Under the pieces are notes generated by a model. The model had not been told where the DNA came from. It was given only the letters and a program-made list of their open reading frames with translations, and made no database searches. This document shows, one piece after another, positions 32,334 to 38,929 of a stretch of 38,929 bases of DNA; position 1 is the first letter of the stretch, and each line of letters starts with the position of its first letter. Source of the stretch: a virus (taxonomy: Duplodnaviria; Heunggongvirae; Uroviricota; Caudoviricetes); IMG/VR virus record IMGVR_UViG_3300045836_000108, positions 64,001 through 102,929 of that record, one strand, 5' to 3'. Made by a program: the position numbers and the translations under genes.

Positions 32334-32818
32334 TGTTCCTCCGGTCTGACGGTGGGTTGTTTCGTGCCGTCGGGCCGCAGGAGATACCAGCCGGTCACGA
32401 GTTTGATGGGTACGGTTTCGGGGTCTGCGGTGCGGGCGACGATGAAGCCTGTGGTGATGGCGGCTTGCCGAAACCTCTCGACAGAGGTGTGGCAGCCGTC
32501 GGGAGTTGTGGCGGATCCGCACAGCAGGACCAGGTTGGACGGGGAGTTCGCTGCGGGGTCTTTGGTGCCTCCCATGCCGCGCGGTTTGCGGTGGTGGATG
32601 GAGTAGGCGCCGGTGATGGTTTTACCACAGCGTTCACAGTGGTTGTCACCGCGTGCCATAACTAGTTTTCGCGTGCCGACGGTGGGGCCGGTGTTGCGGG
32701 GCGTGCGGGGTTTGGCAGTGCCGGTCTTGATGGTTTTGGCGGTGGACAGGTCTTTGGTGGCGGCCAGCGGAGTGCGCCTCTCGGGGGCTTTCTTGCGGCT
32801 CAGTGGAGTCCGTTTCAC
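32330..32818 (-). CDS. HNH endonuclease (162 aa)
   Basis: CERCG....SIHHRKPRGMGG...NSPSNLVLLCG...GCH. Confidence 0.85.
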   Translation of the reverse strand: MKRTPLSRKKAPERRTPLAATKDLSTAKTIKTGTAKPRTPRNTGPTVGTRKLVMARGDNHCERCGKTITGAYSIHHRKPRGMGGTKDPAANSPSNLVLLCGSATTPDGCHTSVERFRQAAITTGFIVARTADPETVPIKLVTGWYLLRPDGTKQPTVRPEEQ

Positions 32819-33114
32819 CAGACAATTTTGCGCCCTTCAGAGGCTGCGCGGAGGCCGTTCTGGAGCCTGTTCTGAACCTCGGCCAGCCACTGCCGGTGCG
32901 CCTCCTGCTCGCATTCGGCGCAGCGACGGCGCGGCAGGAGCCGGTTGAGGAAGCCGTCCGGCTGGTAGTGCTTGCGGCAGTACCGGTCATCCTCCTCCGG
33001 TCCGTGTTCCCTGAGGGGGACCGGAGGAGGCGACGCGGCCTGGAAGAAGCTCAGCGATGCCGCGTAGGCTTCGATGTCTTCAGGGCGGCTGTACTGTTCC
33101 GCCAGCGACGGCAC
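32815..33114 (-). CDS. hypothetical protein with C..H...C..C motif (99 aa)
   Basis: GTG 33114 overlaps the upstream TAG; YCRKH...RCAEC. Confidence 0.6.
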   Translation of the reverse strand: MPSLAEQYSRPEDIEAYAASLSFFQAASPPPVPLREHGPEEDDRYCRKHYQPDGFLNRLLPRRRCAECEQEAHRQWLAEVQNRLQNGLRAASEGRKIVW

Positions 33115-33371
33115 TAGGCATCCTCTCGGGCGTTGCGGATGGCGCTGCGGCAGTCGGCCAGGTGTTTCCGAACGGCCTTCGGGGAGGCTGCCCGGCCCCG
33201 GGGAGGGACCTTGCTGTCTGCGGGGAGCGGGACGCGCCAGCCGGAGCGGCGCAGGTTGTACACGATGCGGTCGGCCCACTGGCCCGGGTCGGGCATGTCC
33301 CACTGGTCAAACTGGTCTTCTAGGGAGTCCCGCAGGTTAGACCAGCGGGCTTCCTCAACGAGGGAAGTCAT
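33114..33371 (-). CDS. hypothetical protein (85 aa)
   Basis: ORF track; AAGGAG RBS. Confidence 0.65.
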   Translation of the reverse strand: MTSLVEEARWSNLRDSLEDQFDQWDMPDPGQWADRIVYNLRRSGWRVPLPADSKVPPRGRAASPKAVRKHLADCRSAIRNAREDA

Positions 33372-33777
33372 CCGGTACTCCTTCCTCGCGGCGGGCTTCT
33401 ACAAGCAGTTCGGTGAATTCTTTGGGGTAGCGCTGCCGGAGACGTGCATACGCTGAGTAACGTGCCCGGTCTACAGCACGGCGAACCTCTACGCGTCCGG
33501 GGTGGGAGTTGTAGAAGTCACGGACCCGCTGGGTCTCGTTCTCCAGGTACTCCACTCCCAACTCTTCGATGTTGGTGATTCGACGCTGCCGCATGTATTC
33601 CTGCTGGCACTTTTTGCAGTTGGAGCGGTACCGGCCGCGCGGGGCGTCGGAGGGGTCCTGGCCTGCGCGCGGCTTGTACCGCTGGAAATGAAACTCGGAG
33701 AGCAGCTTCACTTCACCACACTGGGTGCACTGCTTACGCCCAGTGGGGTATTGGGTCTTAATCTGCTCGGGGGTCAC
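33355..33777 (-). CDS. zinc-finger protein (KxCxxCxxxK...CKxC) without an evident nuclease domain (140 aa)
   Basis: RKQCTQCGEVKLLSEF...SNCKKC. Confidence 0.7.
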   Translation of the reverse strand: MTPEQIKTQYPTGRKQCTQCGEVKLLSEFHFQRYKPRAGQDPSDAPRGRYRSNCKKCQQEYMRQRRITNIEELGVEYLENETQRVRDFYNSHPGRVEVRRAVDRARYSAYARLRQRYPKEFTELLVEARREEGVPDDFPR

Positions 33778-33893
33778 AGAGAGCTGTCCCTTTCTTCGCG
33801 GTAACGCGGGCCTCGGTCTGTTCTAAGGTAGCCGATACCTCGTTACCGCGCTATGGGACTATCGCCCGAAAGGGTGAATTTCGCTACCGCCCG

Positions 33894-34394
33894 CTATCCC
33901 TCTAACGGGTTAACGTCGTCCTCCGACATGGACTTTTGTTTTCGGGAAAGCCACCACCGACGCGGACGGGGAGTATCGTCGGCTACCTCCTCCGAGGTAA
34001 CGGGCGGCACTCTCCGGCCGATAGCTGCCAACGGCAGCCCGCCCTGAGGAGGCGTCCCAGGGGTAGGCTCCGGCTGGTAATCCCCGGCCCGGAGCGCCCG
34101 GATGAACGCTGTCGGGTCGTCAGGGTCAGCGTTGGGCACCCGCAGCCTCTGTGCCGTGTCCTCCTTGGGTTTCCGGGCTGCGGCCAACTCCCGGGACCCT
34201 TTCAAGATCTGCGCTGGAGACAGCCGCCTGTCCGACTCAGCAAAGTGGGCAGTGACGACCGCCTTGGCGTCATCGAAGTCAGCTGAGGCCAGCAGCTGGT
34301 GCCAGGCCTCCACCTCCACCTTGCTGACCGCTTGTTCCCTGCGTTCGTACACGTAAATCGCGGTCAGCAGGAACGAGACCTCAGTTTTGGTCAT
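33894..34394 (-). CDS. putative helicase loader/inhibitor (G39P N-terminal-like) (166 aa)
   Basis: MTKTEVSFLL..I...EAWHQLL...FDDAKAVV..HF..SDRRLSPAQI; lies downstream of the initiator. Confidence 0.55.
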   Translation of the reverse strand: MTKTEVSFLLTAIYVYERREQAVSKVEVEAWHQLLASADFDDAKAVVTAHFAESDRRLSPAQILKGSRELAAARKPKEDTAQRLRVPNADPDDPTAFIRALRAGDYQPEPTPGTPPQGGLPLAAIGRRVPPVTSEEVADDTPRPRRWWLSRKQKSMSEDDVNPLEG

Positions 34395-34593
34395 CCTGAT
34401 CCTTCAGGGCGCGGTACTCCCGATCGGCGTTGGTGAAAGCGGTCCAGTCCGCAATGGTCGCCAGTTCAAGGGGCGTGTCGTAGATGATGGCGTCAGGGTC
34501 GCATTCCAGAAGGTGGGCGATGGCTTGGGCTTTCTTGGCGTGGTCCCAGGCCAGGCGTCGGCGGGCACCCCGGGCGTCTTCCAGCGCGTTCAC
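34381..34593 (-). CDS. hypothetical protein (70 aa)
   Basis: GTGA overlap with the initiator stop. Confidence 0.65.
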   Translation of the reverse strand: MNALEDARGARRRLAWDHAKKAQAIAHLLECDPDAIIYDTPLELATIADWTAFTNADREYRALKDQDDQN

Positions 34594-36056
34594 CAGCTGG
34601 GTCCGATTTCTTTGGGGGTCTGGCCGCCGTTGAGGCCTTCAGCGCGCCGGTACTCCTCGACCATCATCATGTTGTGGTGGAACGCGTCATCGACGCGGGA
34701 CCGGACCTGCGGGGCCTGTTCCAGTTCGTCGTCCCAGCGTTCCTGGTTGAGCCAGACGGAGGGGTACGGGATGAACTGCTTTTCCTTGCGGATCAGCTGG
34801 CAGTTGTCGGCGTAGGCGGCAGCGGCCTGGATGAGGCGGGCTGCGGGGACGCGGGCTGCGGCGGCCAGGAAGGCTTTGCGGGCTGCGCCTTTGCCTGCCT
34901 TGCGGGGGTAGTACGCCCAGAAGGTGTCGAACTCCTGCTCGGTGTTCTGCTTCAGCGGCTTGGGGGCTGCGGGGATGGTGAACAGTCCGCCGTCGGTGGT
35001 GACTTCCGGGTCGGAGAGGATCAGGTGTCCGGGGATGAGGTGGAGCTTTCCGGCGTCGATGAGGGTGCCGATCATGTTGCCGATGTCAGCGATGGTGATG
35101 TCTTCGTCGTAGCGGAACAGTTCCGCTTTGAGGTAGCGGGGGTCTGCGAGGGTCATTCCGTTGTCGGCGATACTGCGCAGCCCCAGGTAGAACAGGCGGG
35201 TGTCGCGGGTGAGGGCTCCGAGGGCAGGGTCAGTGAACGGTGTCATCGGGGGAGTCCCTTCAGTAGCAGGTGGGGAATACGTTACCGGGATCTTGGTCCC
35301 CGAGGAAAGCGGACACGGGGCCTGCGGCAGGGCCAGAGAGCGCCTCAGAGGGCCTGCGGGAGCGTCGGACGTCTTAGGACCCACGAATCCCTCCAGGACG
35401 CGCTTAGCGGTGCTCCTAGCCAGCTTCTTGACGGTAGCCCGTGACGGCGCCAGACCCAAGTGACGTACGCGCCTAGCGTTACCTGAAGGCTGCGGTTGGG
35501 CTTCTGGTCCAGTTCTCGTCGGCAGAGCCGACGAATATAGACCAGCGCCCAGTTGGGAGTGAGAGAAGTCTCCGGAAGGCGACGCACTTTGGGGTTCTAC
35601 GTAGACCGCAGGTCCAGTAGGTTTAGTTTCATACGTAAAAGCGCAGGTCAGAGCATCTTCGACTTCCCACTCCGGCGGCACGCTCTGAGCCTCCTCCCGG
35701 AGAGCTTCCCGAGCTTCCACGACCCACTCCGGCAGAGGGCACTCCGGCGTCCCAGACAGTCGGTACCCGGTGAACGCGCGTCCCCTACCGGAGGGCACCT
35801 GGCCGTCCAACGCGATGAGCTTCAGGTCCCGCAGTTTCTTCAGCGCCTTCTCCACCGAGGACCGGGAACACCCCAGCGCCTTCTTCATGGCGTCGATGCT
35901 CATGAGGAACTTGTTCCACAGTCGGAAGCTGGTGTTGGTGCCGATCAGACGCAACACACCCAAGGTCAGGCCGGTAAGGCCATAGAACGCGGCAGTGTTG
36001 GCAATCCAGCTCAGGACGGCGGTGTTGCGTCCCAGGTTGCGCAAACGGCTCAGCAC
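34590..36056 (-). CDS. phage replication initiator (two wHTH-like modules plus FWxxYPRK domain); possible internal start at 35246
   Basis: MKKALGCSRSSVEKALKKL; RLFYLGL..IAD...DPRYLKAELF; FDTFWAYYPRKAGKGAARKAF...IPYPSVWLNQERWDDE. Confidence 0.75.
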   Translation of the reverse strand: MLSRLRNLGRNTAVLSWIANTAAFYGLTGLTLGVLRLIGTNTSFRLWNKFLMSIDAMKKALGCSRSSVEKALKKLRDLKLIALDGQVPSGRGRAFTGYRLSGTPECPLPEWVVEAREALREEAQSVPPEWEVEDALTCAFTYETKPTGPAVYVEPQSASPSGDFSHSQLGAGLYSSALPTRTGPEAQPQPSGNARRVRHLGLAPSRATVKKLARSTAKRVLEGFVGPKTSDAPAGPLRRSLALPQAPCPLSSGTKIPVTYSPPATEGTPPMTPFTDPALGALTRDTRLFYLGLRSIADNGMTLADPRYLKAELFRYDEDITIADIGNMIGTLIDAGKLHLIPGHLILSDPEVTTDGGLFTIPAAPKPLKQNTEQEFDTFWAYYPRKAGKGAARKAFLAAAARVPAARLIQAAAAYADNCQLIRKEKQFIPYPSVWLNQERWDDELEQAPQVRSRVDDAFHHNMMMVEEYRRAEGLNGGQTPKEIGPSW

Positions 36057-36353
36057 GATAACCTTGTCTTAGGTTGATTTGATTTACTGAGCCGCCCGGT
36101 CTGCCAAGAAGGGGCGGCTCAGTGCTTTGCTGAAGAGCTTATACCTCGGGGACCCTCCAGACCGGTTTGACGTTCGACCCTTGGCGTAGGCCTCCGCCGT
36201 CCGGTAACGTTACTTCCGACATATTGGAACTGCGGTGCTGCATACACCAGCTGCGCAGGGACGGTAGGTCTCGTGCGAAAGCTGACAGGAAACAGCCTCG
36301 TACTGACGCGCGTAACCCAGCGGGGCCCCCTGGCGCATGGGGGTCCCGCAGCG

Positions 36354-36695
36354 TCACCCCCGACCCATGCCCTGGTAAAGCGGCACGGGACGCGGGCGAA
36401 GACGCCGAGGGATCTCCCGGCTGAGGTCAGCGGGACGCCACACCGCCGTCTCCACCCCCGCAGACTCCAACACCCGCAGCCAAAACTTCTGCTCAGGCGT
36501 CAACCGGCCGGTGGCGGACTTCAGCTCGGCGAACATCAGACGACGTTGCCGTTCGTTGATCATGATGAGGTCCGGGCAGCCGCGCACCGTCACCCTCCGG
36601 GAGTCCGGCACGTGATACACCGTCCACCCGAACCTCTTGGCCAGCTCGATCACCTGCCGCTGGAACACGGCCTCGGACACCCGCGTCTCGGTCAC
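36354..36695 (-). CDS. VRR-NUC domain nuclease (113 aa)
   Basis: SEAVFQRQV...GWTVYH..GCPDL...FAELKSATGRLTPEQ.FW...L (PD-(D/E)xK); GTG 36695 overlaps the upstream stop. Confidence 0.85.
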   Translation of the reverse strand: MTETRVSEAVFQRQVIELAKRFGWTVYHVPDSRRVTVRGCPDLIMINERQRRLMFAELKSATGRLTPEQKFWLRVLESAGVETAVWRPADLSREIPRRLRPRPVPLYQGMGRG

Positions 36696-36934
36696 GGCAC
36701 CACCGACGGGCCCAACGCCGTAGCGGCAACGCTCCTGCGCGTTCCGCACTCCAGCCTTCCCCGGGGCCACCGCTCCAACGCGGAACCGGGTACGCGGCTC
36801 TCCGGCCGTTCTGGGGCCATCGGAAGCTGGAACGTCGGCGGTGACGGAGTACCGAACCACGGCAGCTGGTCCTCCAGCGTGTAGGCGAACCAGTAGCCAG
36901 ACCGCGTCAACGACCCGAACGTTGGGACGTTCAC
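36692..36934 (-). CDS. hypothetical protein (80 aa)
   Basis: GTGA overlaps at both ends. Confidence 0.5.
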   Translation of the reverse strand: MNVPTFGSLTRSGYWFAYTLEDQLPWFGTPSPPTFQLPMAPERPESRVPGSALERWPRGRLECGTRRSVAATALGPSVVP

Positions 36935-37215
36935 AGCTTGTGCAGCCACGACTTGTTGAACTTCGGGTGATCGCGCCAGCGAGACGCCAGCGTCTTCAAG
37001 ATCCCCTCAACCTGAGATGCAGTCACCGCAGGCACGGTGCTCGCCTCCACGTCCGACGCGAACCCCAGCAGCGCCCGGCAGGCCTTGATGTCCGCCTCGA
37101 TGGTCTTGGTGATGTCCAGGCCGCTGATGTTCACCTGCGCGCCCTTGATGCGGTGCTCCAACTCCCGCAGCCGGTCCTCGATGAAAACCTTGATGTCGTC
37201 GGTGACGTTAGTCAT
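36931..37215 (-). CDS. DUF6221-like protein (94 aa)
   Basis: FIEDRLRE...ADIKACRALL...LKTLASRWRDHPKFNKSW; GGAGGAGG RBS. Confidence 0.65.
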   Translation of the reverse strand: MTNVTDDIKVFIEDRLRELEHRIKGAQVNISGLDITKTIEADIKACRALLGFASDVEASTVPAVTASQVEGILKTLASRWRDHPKFNKSWLHKL

Positions 37216-37378
37216 ACGTACCCTCCTCCACATCGTCGTCCTCCGCGTCCAGCGGCAGCTCAATCAAAGCCATATGCCGGTGCATCTCTTCCAGGCCGTA
37301 CCAGCGCCGTAGGAAGTCCAGTGCGGCACGGCGTGGGCGGTCCTCCCGCCACCTGCCCACGCCTTGACGTCGCGTCAC
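37208..37378 (-). CDS. hypothetical protein (56 aa)
   Basis: GTGA overlap; acidic tail. Confidence 0.55.
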   Translation of the reverse strand: MTRRQGVGRWREDRPRRAALDFLRRWYGLEEMHRHMALIELPLDAEDDDVEEGTYD

Positions 37379-37812
37379 ACCTCGTGGATCCACCCCATGA
37401 AGTATGCCGCGAACCCCAACATGAGGCTCATCACCTCCACCGCGACGTCCCAGCCGCCACGGTCCATCAACTCCTGCCACACGCCGAACGCACGTTCCCC
37501 GTTGCGGTCCTCCATCGCGTACAGCAGGTCACAGAAAGCCATCCGGGTCAACGACTCCTCAACCGGCGCGTCCGCGATGCAAAGAGTCACCTTCTCCGCC
37601 ATCTGCGACACCGCCTCCTGGCCCGCGTCAGCCTGGCACCAGTCGTGCCAGCGGGCCATCGCGGCGGGCAGCAGAAACGGGTCCTCCTGGTAGACGGAGC
37701 AGGCCAGAGCGGTCAAGGCGGTCATGTCGTTGTCCACTGCCAAGGCCAGCATCTGCTGTGCCAGCTCATCGGCGTTGCGGACAACCTGCTCGACCTGCTC
37801 CTCGTCGCTCAT
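37375..37812 (-). CDS. all-helical protein, paralogue 3 of 3 (145 aa)
   Basis: ATGA overlap; CDLLYAMED...W..GGWDVAVEVMSLM. Confidence 0.8.
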   Translation of the reverse strand: MSDEEQVEQVVRNADELAQQMLALAVDNDMTALTALACSVYQEDPFLLPAAMARWHDWCQADAGQEAVSQMAEKVTLCIADAPVEESLTRMAFCDLLYAMEDRNGERAFGVWQELMDRGGWDVAVEVMSLMLGFAAYFMGWIHEV

Positions 37813-38261
37813 TCCGGGCTCACGGGAAGCAGAAGCTTGTGGAATATCGCCGTCATCATCGACATGACCTCCTGCGCTACGGGCCAACCGTCAGGAACCA
37901 CAACCCGGTCCCAGGCCGCGATGGCCCGCGCCGCGTTGTCGTCCTGCATCCCATACAGCATGTCGCAGACGATAGACCTTGAGGAAGCCTGCTCAAACGG
38001 GGCAGAAGCGATGTTGGACGATACCAGGCTCACCAACTTCTCCAAGCCGCCGGTGCCGACCTTGTCCAGACCCACCAGCCACCACAGGTAGAACACGGTG
38101 GGAACCAGCTTCGGGTAGCGCTCCCACACCTCGCGGCAGAAGGCGTCAAGGGCGTCATCGGCTTCGCGTGCGGACAACTCCAGAATGATCTCAGCTATCG
38201 TCTCGGCCCGGACGGTCACGGCCACGGGCACGACTTCCGGCCGCTTGCGAAACCAGCGCAT
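37809..38261 (-). CDS. all-helical protein, paralogue 2 of 3 (150 aa)
   Basis: TAATG overlap; CDMLYGMQD...W..DGWPVAQEVMSMM. Confidence 0.8.
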   Translation of the reverse strand: MRWFRKRPEVVPVAVTVRAETIAEIILELSAREADDALDAFCREVWERYPKLVPTVFYLWWLVGLDKVGTGGLEKLVSLVSSNIASAPFEQASSRSIVCDMLYGMQDDNAARAIAAWDRVVVPDGWPVAQEVMSMMTAIFHKLLLPVSPE

Positions 38262-38737
38262 TATTCGCAGTCCGCTGTCGCGACGGAGGGGTTGAGGACG
38301 GAGGAGGCGAACCCGAGGATAACGGCAGCGGTCTGTACCGCCGTCTCCGGCTTGGACACCGTCATCCATAGCTCCAGGAACCGGTCCGGGTCGTCCTTGG
38401 ACAGGTGGATCAGGAGGAGACGCGCGATGGACGGCGCCAGCAGCTGCCGCTGCACTTCCTTGTGGTCTTGGGTGTTGTCCCAGGACTCCTGCCGCAGCCG
38501 GACCTTGTGGCCGATGATGTCCACGGCCTTGGCGACGGCTTCCTTGCCGCGTTCGGTAACGCACATCTGGTACCAGAGGACCATGGCGCGGCCGAGGACA
38601 GCACGGTCTGTCTCTGCCAGGAGCCGTTCGACGTCGGCGGTGGAGCCCATGTCGTTGTAGGCCAGGAGGGTAACGGCAAGGTTCCCTGCGGGATCTTCCA
38701 TGCGCGCGGCTGCCGTCTTGTTGGGGTTTTTCTTCAC
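38261..38737 (-). CDS. all-helical protein, paralogue 1 of 3 (158 aa)
   Basis: GGAGGA RBS before GTG; NDM...AMVLWYQMC...GKEAV...ILGFA. Confidence 0.8.
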   Translation of the reverse strand: MKKNPNKTAAARMEDPAGNLAVTLLAYNDMGSTADVERLLAETDRAVLGRAMVLWYQMCVTERGKEAVAKAVDIIGHKVRLRQESWDNTQDHKEVQRQLLAPSIARLLLIHLSKDDPDRFLELWMTVSKPETAVQTAAVILGFASSVLNPSVATADCE

Positions 38738-38767
38738 AGTTCCTCCGTTTTTGAGTAACGCTCCGTA

Positions 38768-38783
38768 GGGGTATACGATACTC
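38768..38783 (+). promoter_or_regulatory. GGGGTATACGATAC box (copy 3)
   Basis: TTGAGT-17-TACGAT on the plus strand; exact 14-mer repeat upstream of the minus-strand operon. Confidence 0.65.
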
Positions 38784-38929
38784 TACGTTGAGCCGTTCAA
38801 ACCACCAGGTCAACGGCTATGCAGGCGCTGAGCAACTACCGCCAACCGGAAGGGGACCCGTGTCGCGCTAGTTCCAGCAAAACCCCTTACCGTGACGGGC
38901 GTCCGGGCCATCACCCCGGACGCCCACCC

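Noticed and set aside
33355-33777. Endonuclease VII/HNH nuclease
   Set aside because: Only the N-terminal zinc finger is present; no catalytic HNH or EndoVII motif follows
35250-35650. Iteron array
   Set aside because: No clear direct repeats could be aligned by eye

Overview
High-GC (roughly two-thirds G+C by eye) segment of a large actinobacterial (Streptomyces-like) bacteriophage genome. It shows densely packed short genes, strong GGAGG ribosome-binding sites, HrdB-type promoters, and no structural or integrase genes. Four blocks are visible. (1) 1.4-12.1 kb, minus strand, an RNA-metabolism island: a T4 Pnkp-type HAD 3'-phosphatase, a SLOG protein, 18 tRNA genes, six Y-RNA-like elements sharing a GGUGCGNAG...CUUC / GGAUCUC stem (two at the head of the tRNA array, four at its tail), a Ro60/TROVE gene and a DRB0094(Rnl5)-type RNA ligase. 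The Y-like RNAs carry tRNA modules joined to the Y stem at different points, and four show anticodon-like loops (UAC, GGU, GGA, UCU). (2) 15.1-20.3 kb, minus strand, a DNA base-hypermodification operon: ParB-methyltransferase, ParB, amino acid:DNA transferase (aGPT-Pplase2-like), FAD glycine-oxidase-like enzyme, P-loop kinase and TET/JBP dioxygenase. (3) 20.4-32 kb, plus strand, short early-type transcription units behind a conserved GCTTTAC-N4-CTTAGCG promoter, including an AAA ATPase and HTH proteins. (4) 32-38.7 kb, minus strand: HNH nuclease, replication initiator with a helicase-loader-like gene, VRR-NUC and three tandem paralogues. All family assignments come from motif recognition by eye; no database search was run.
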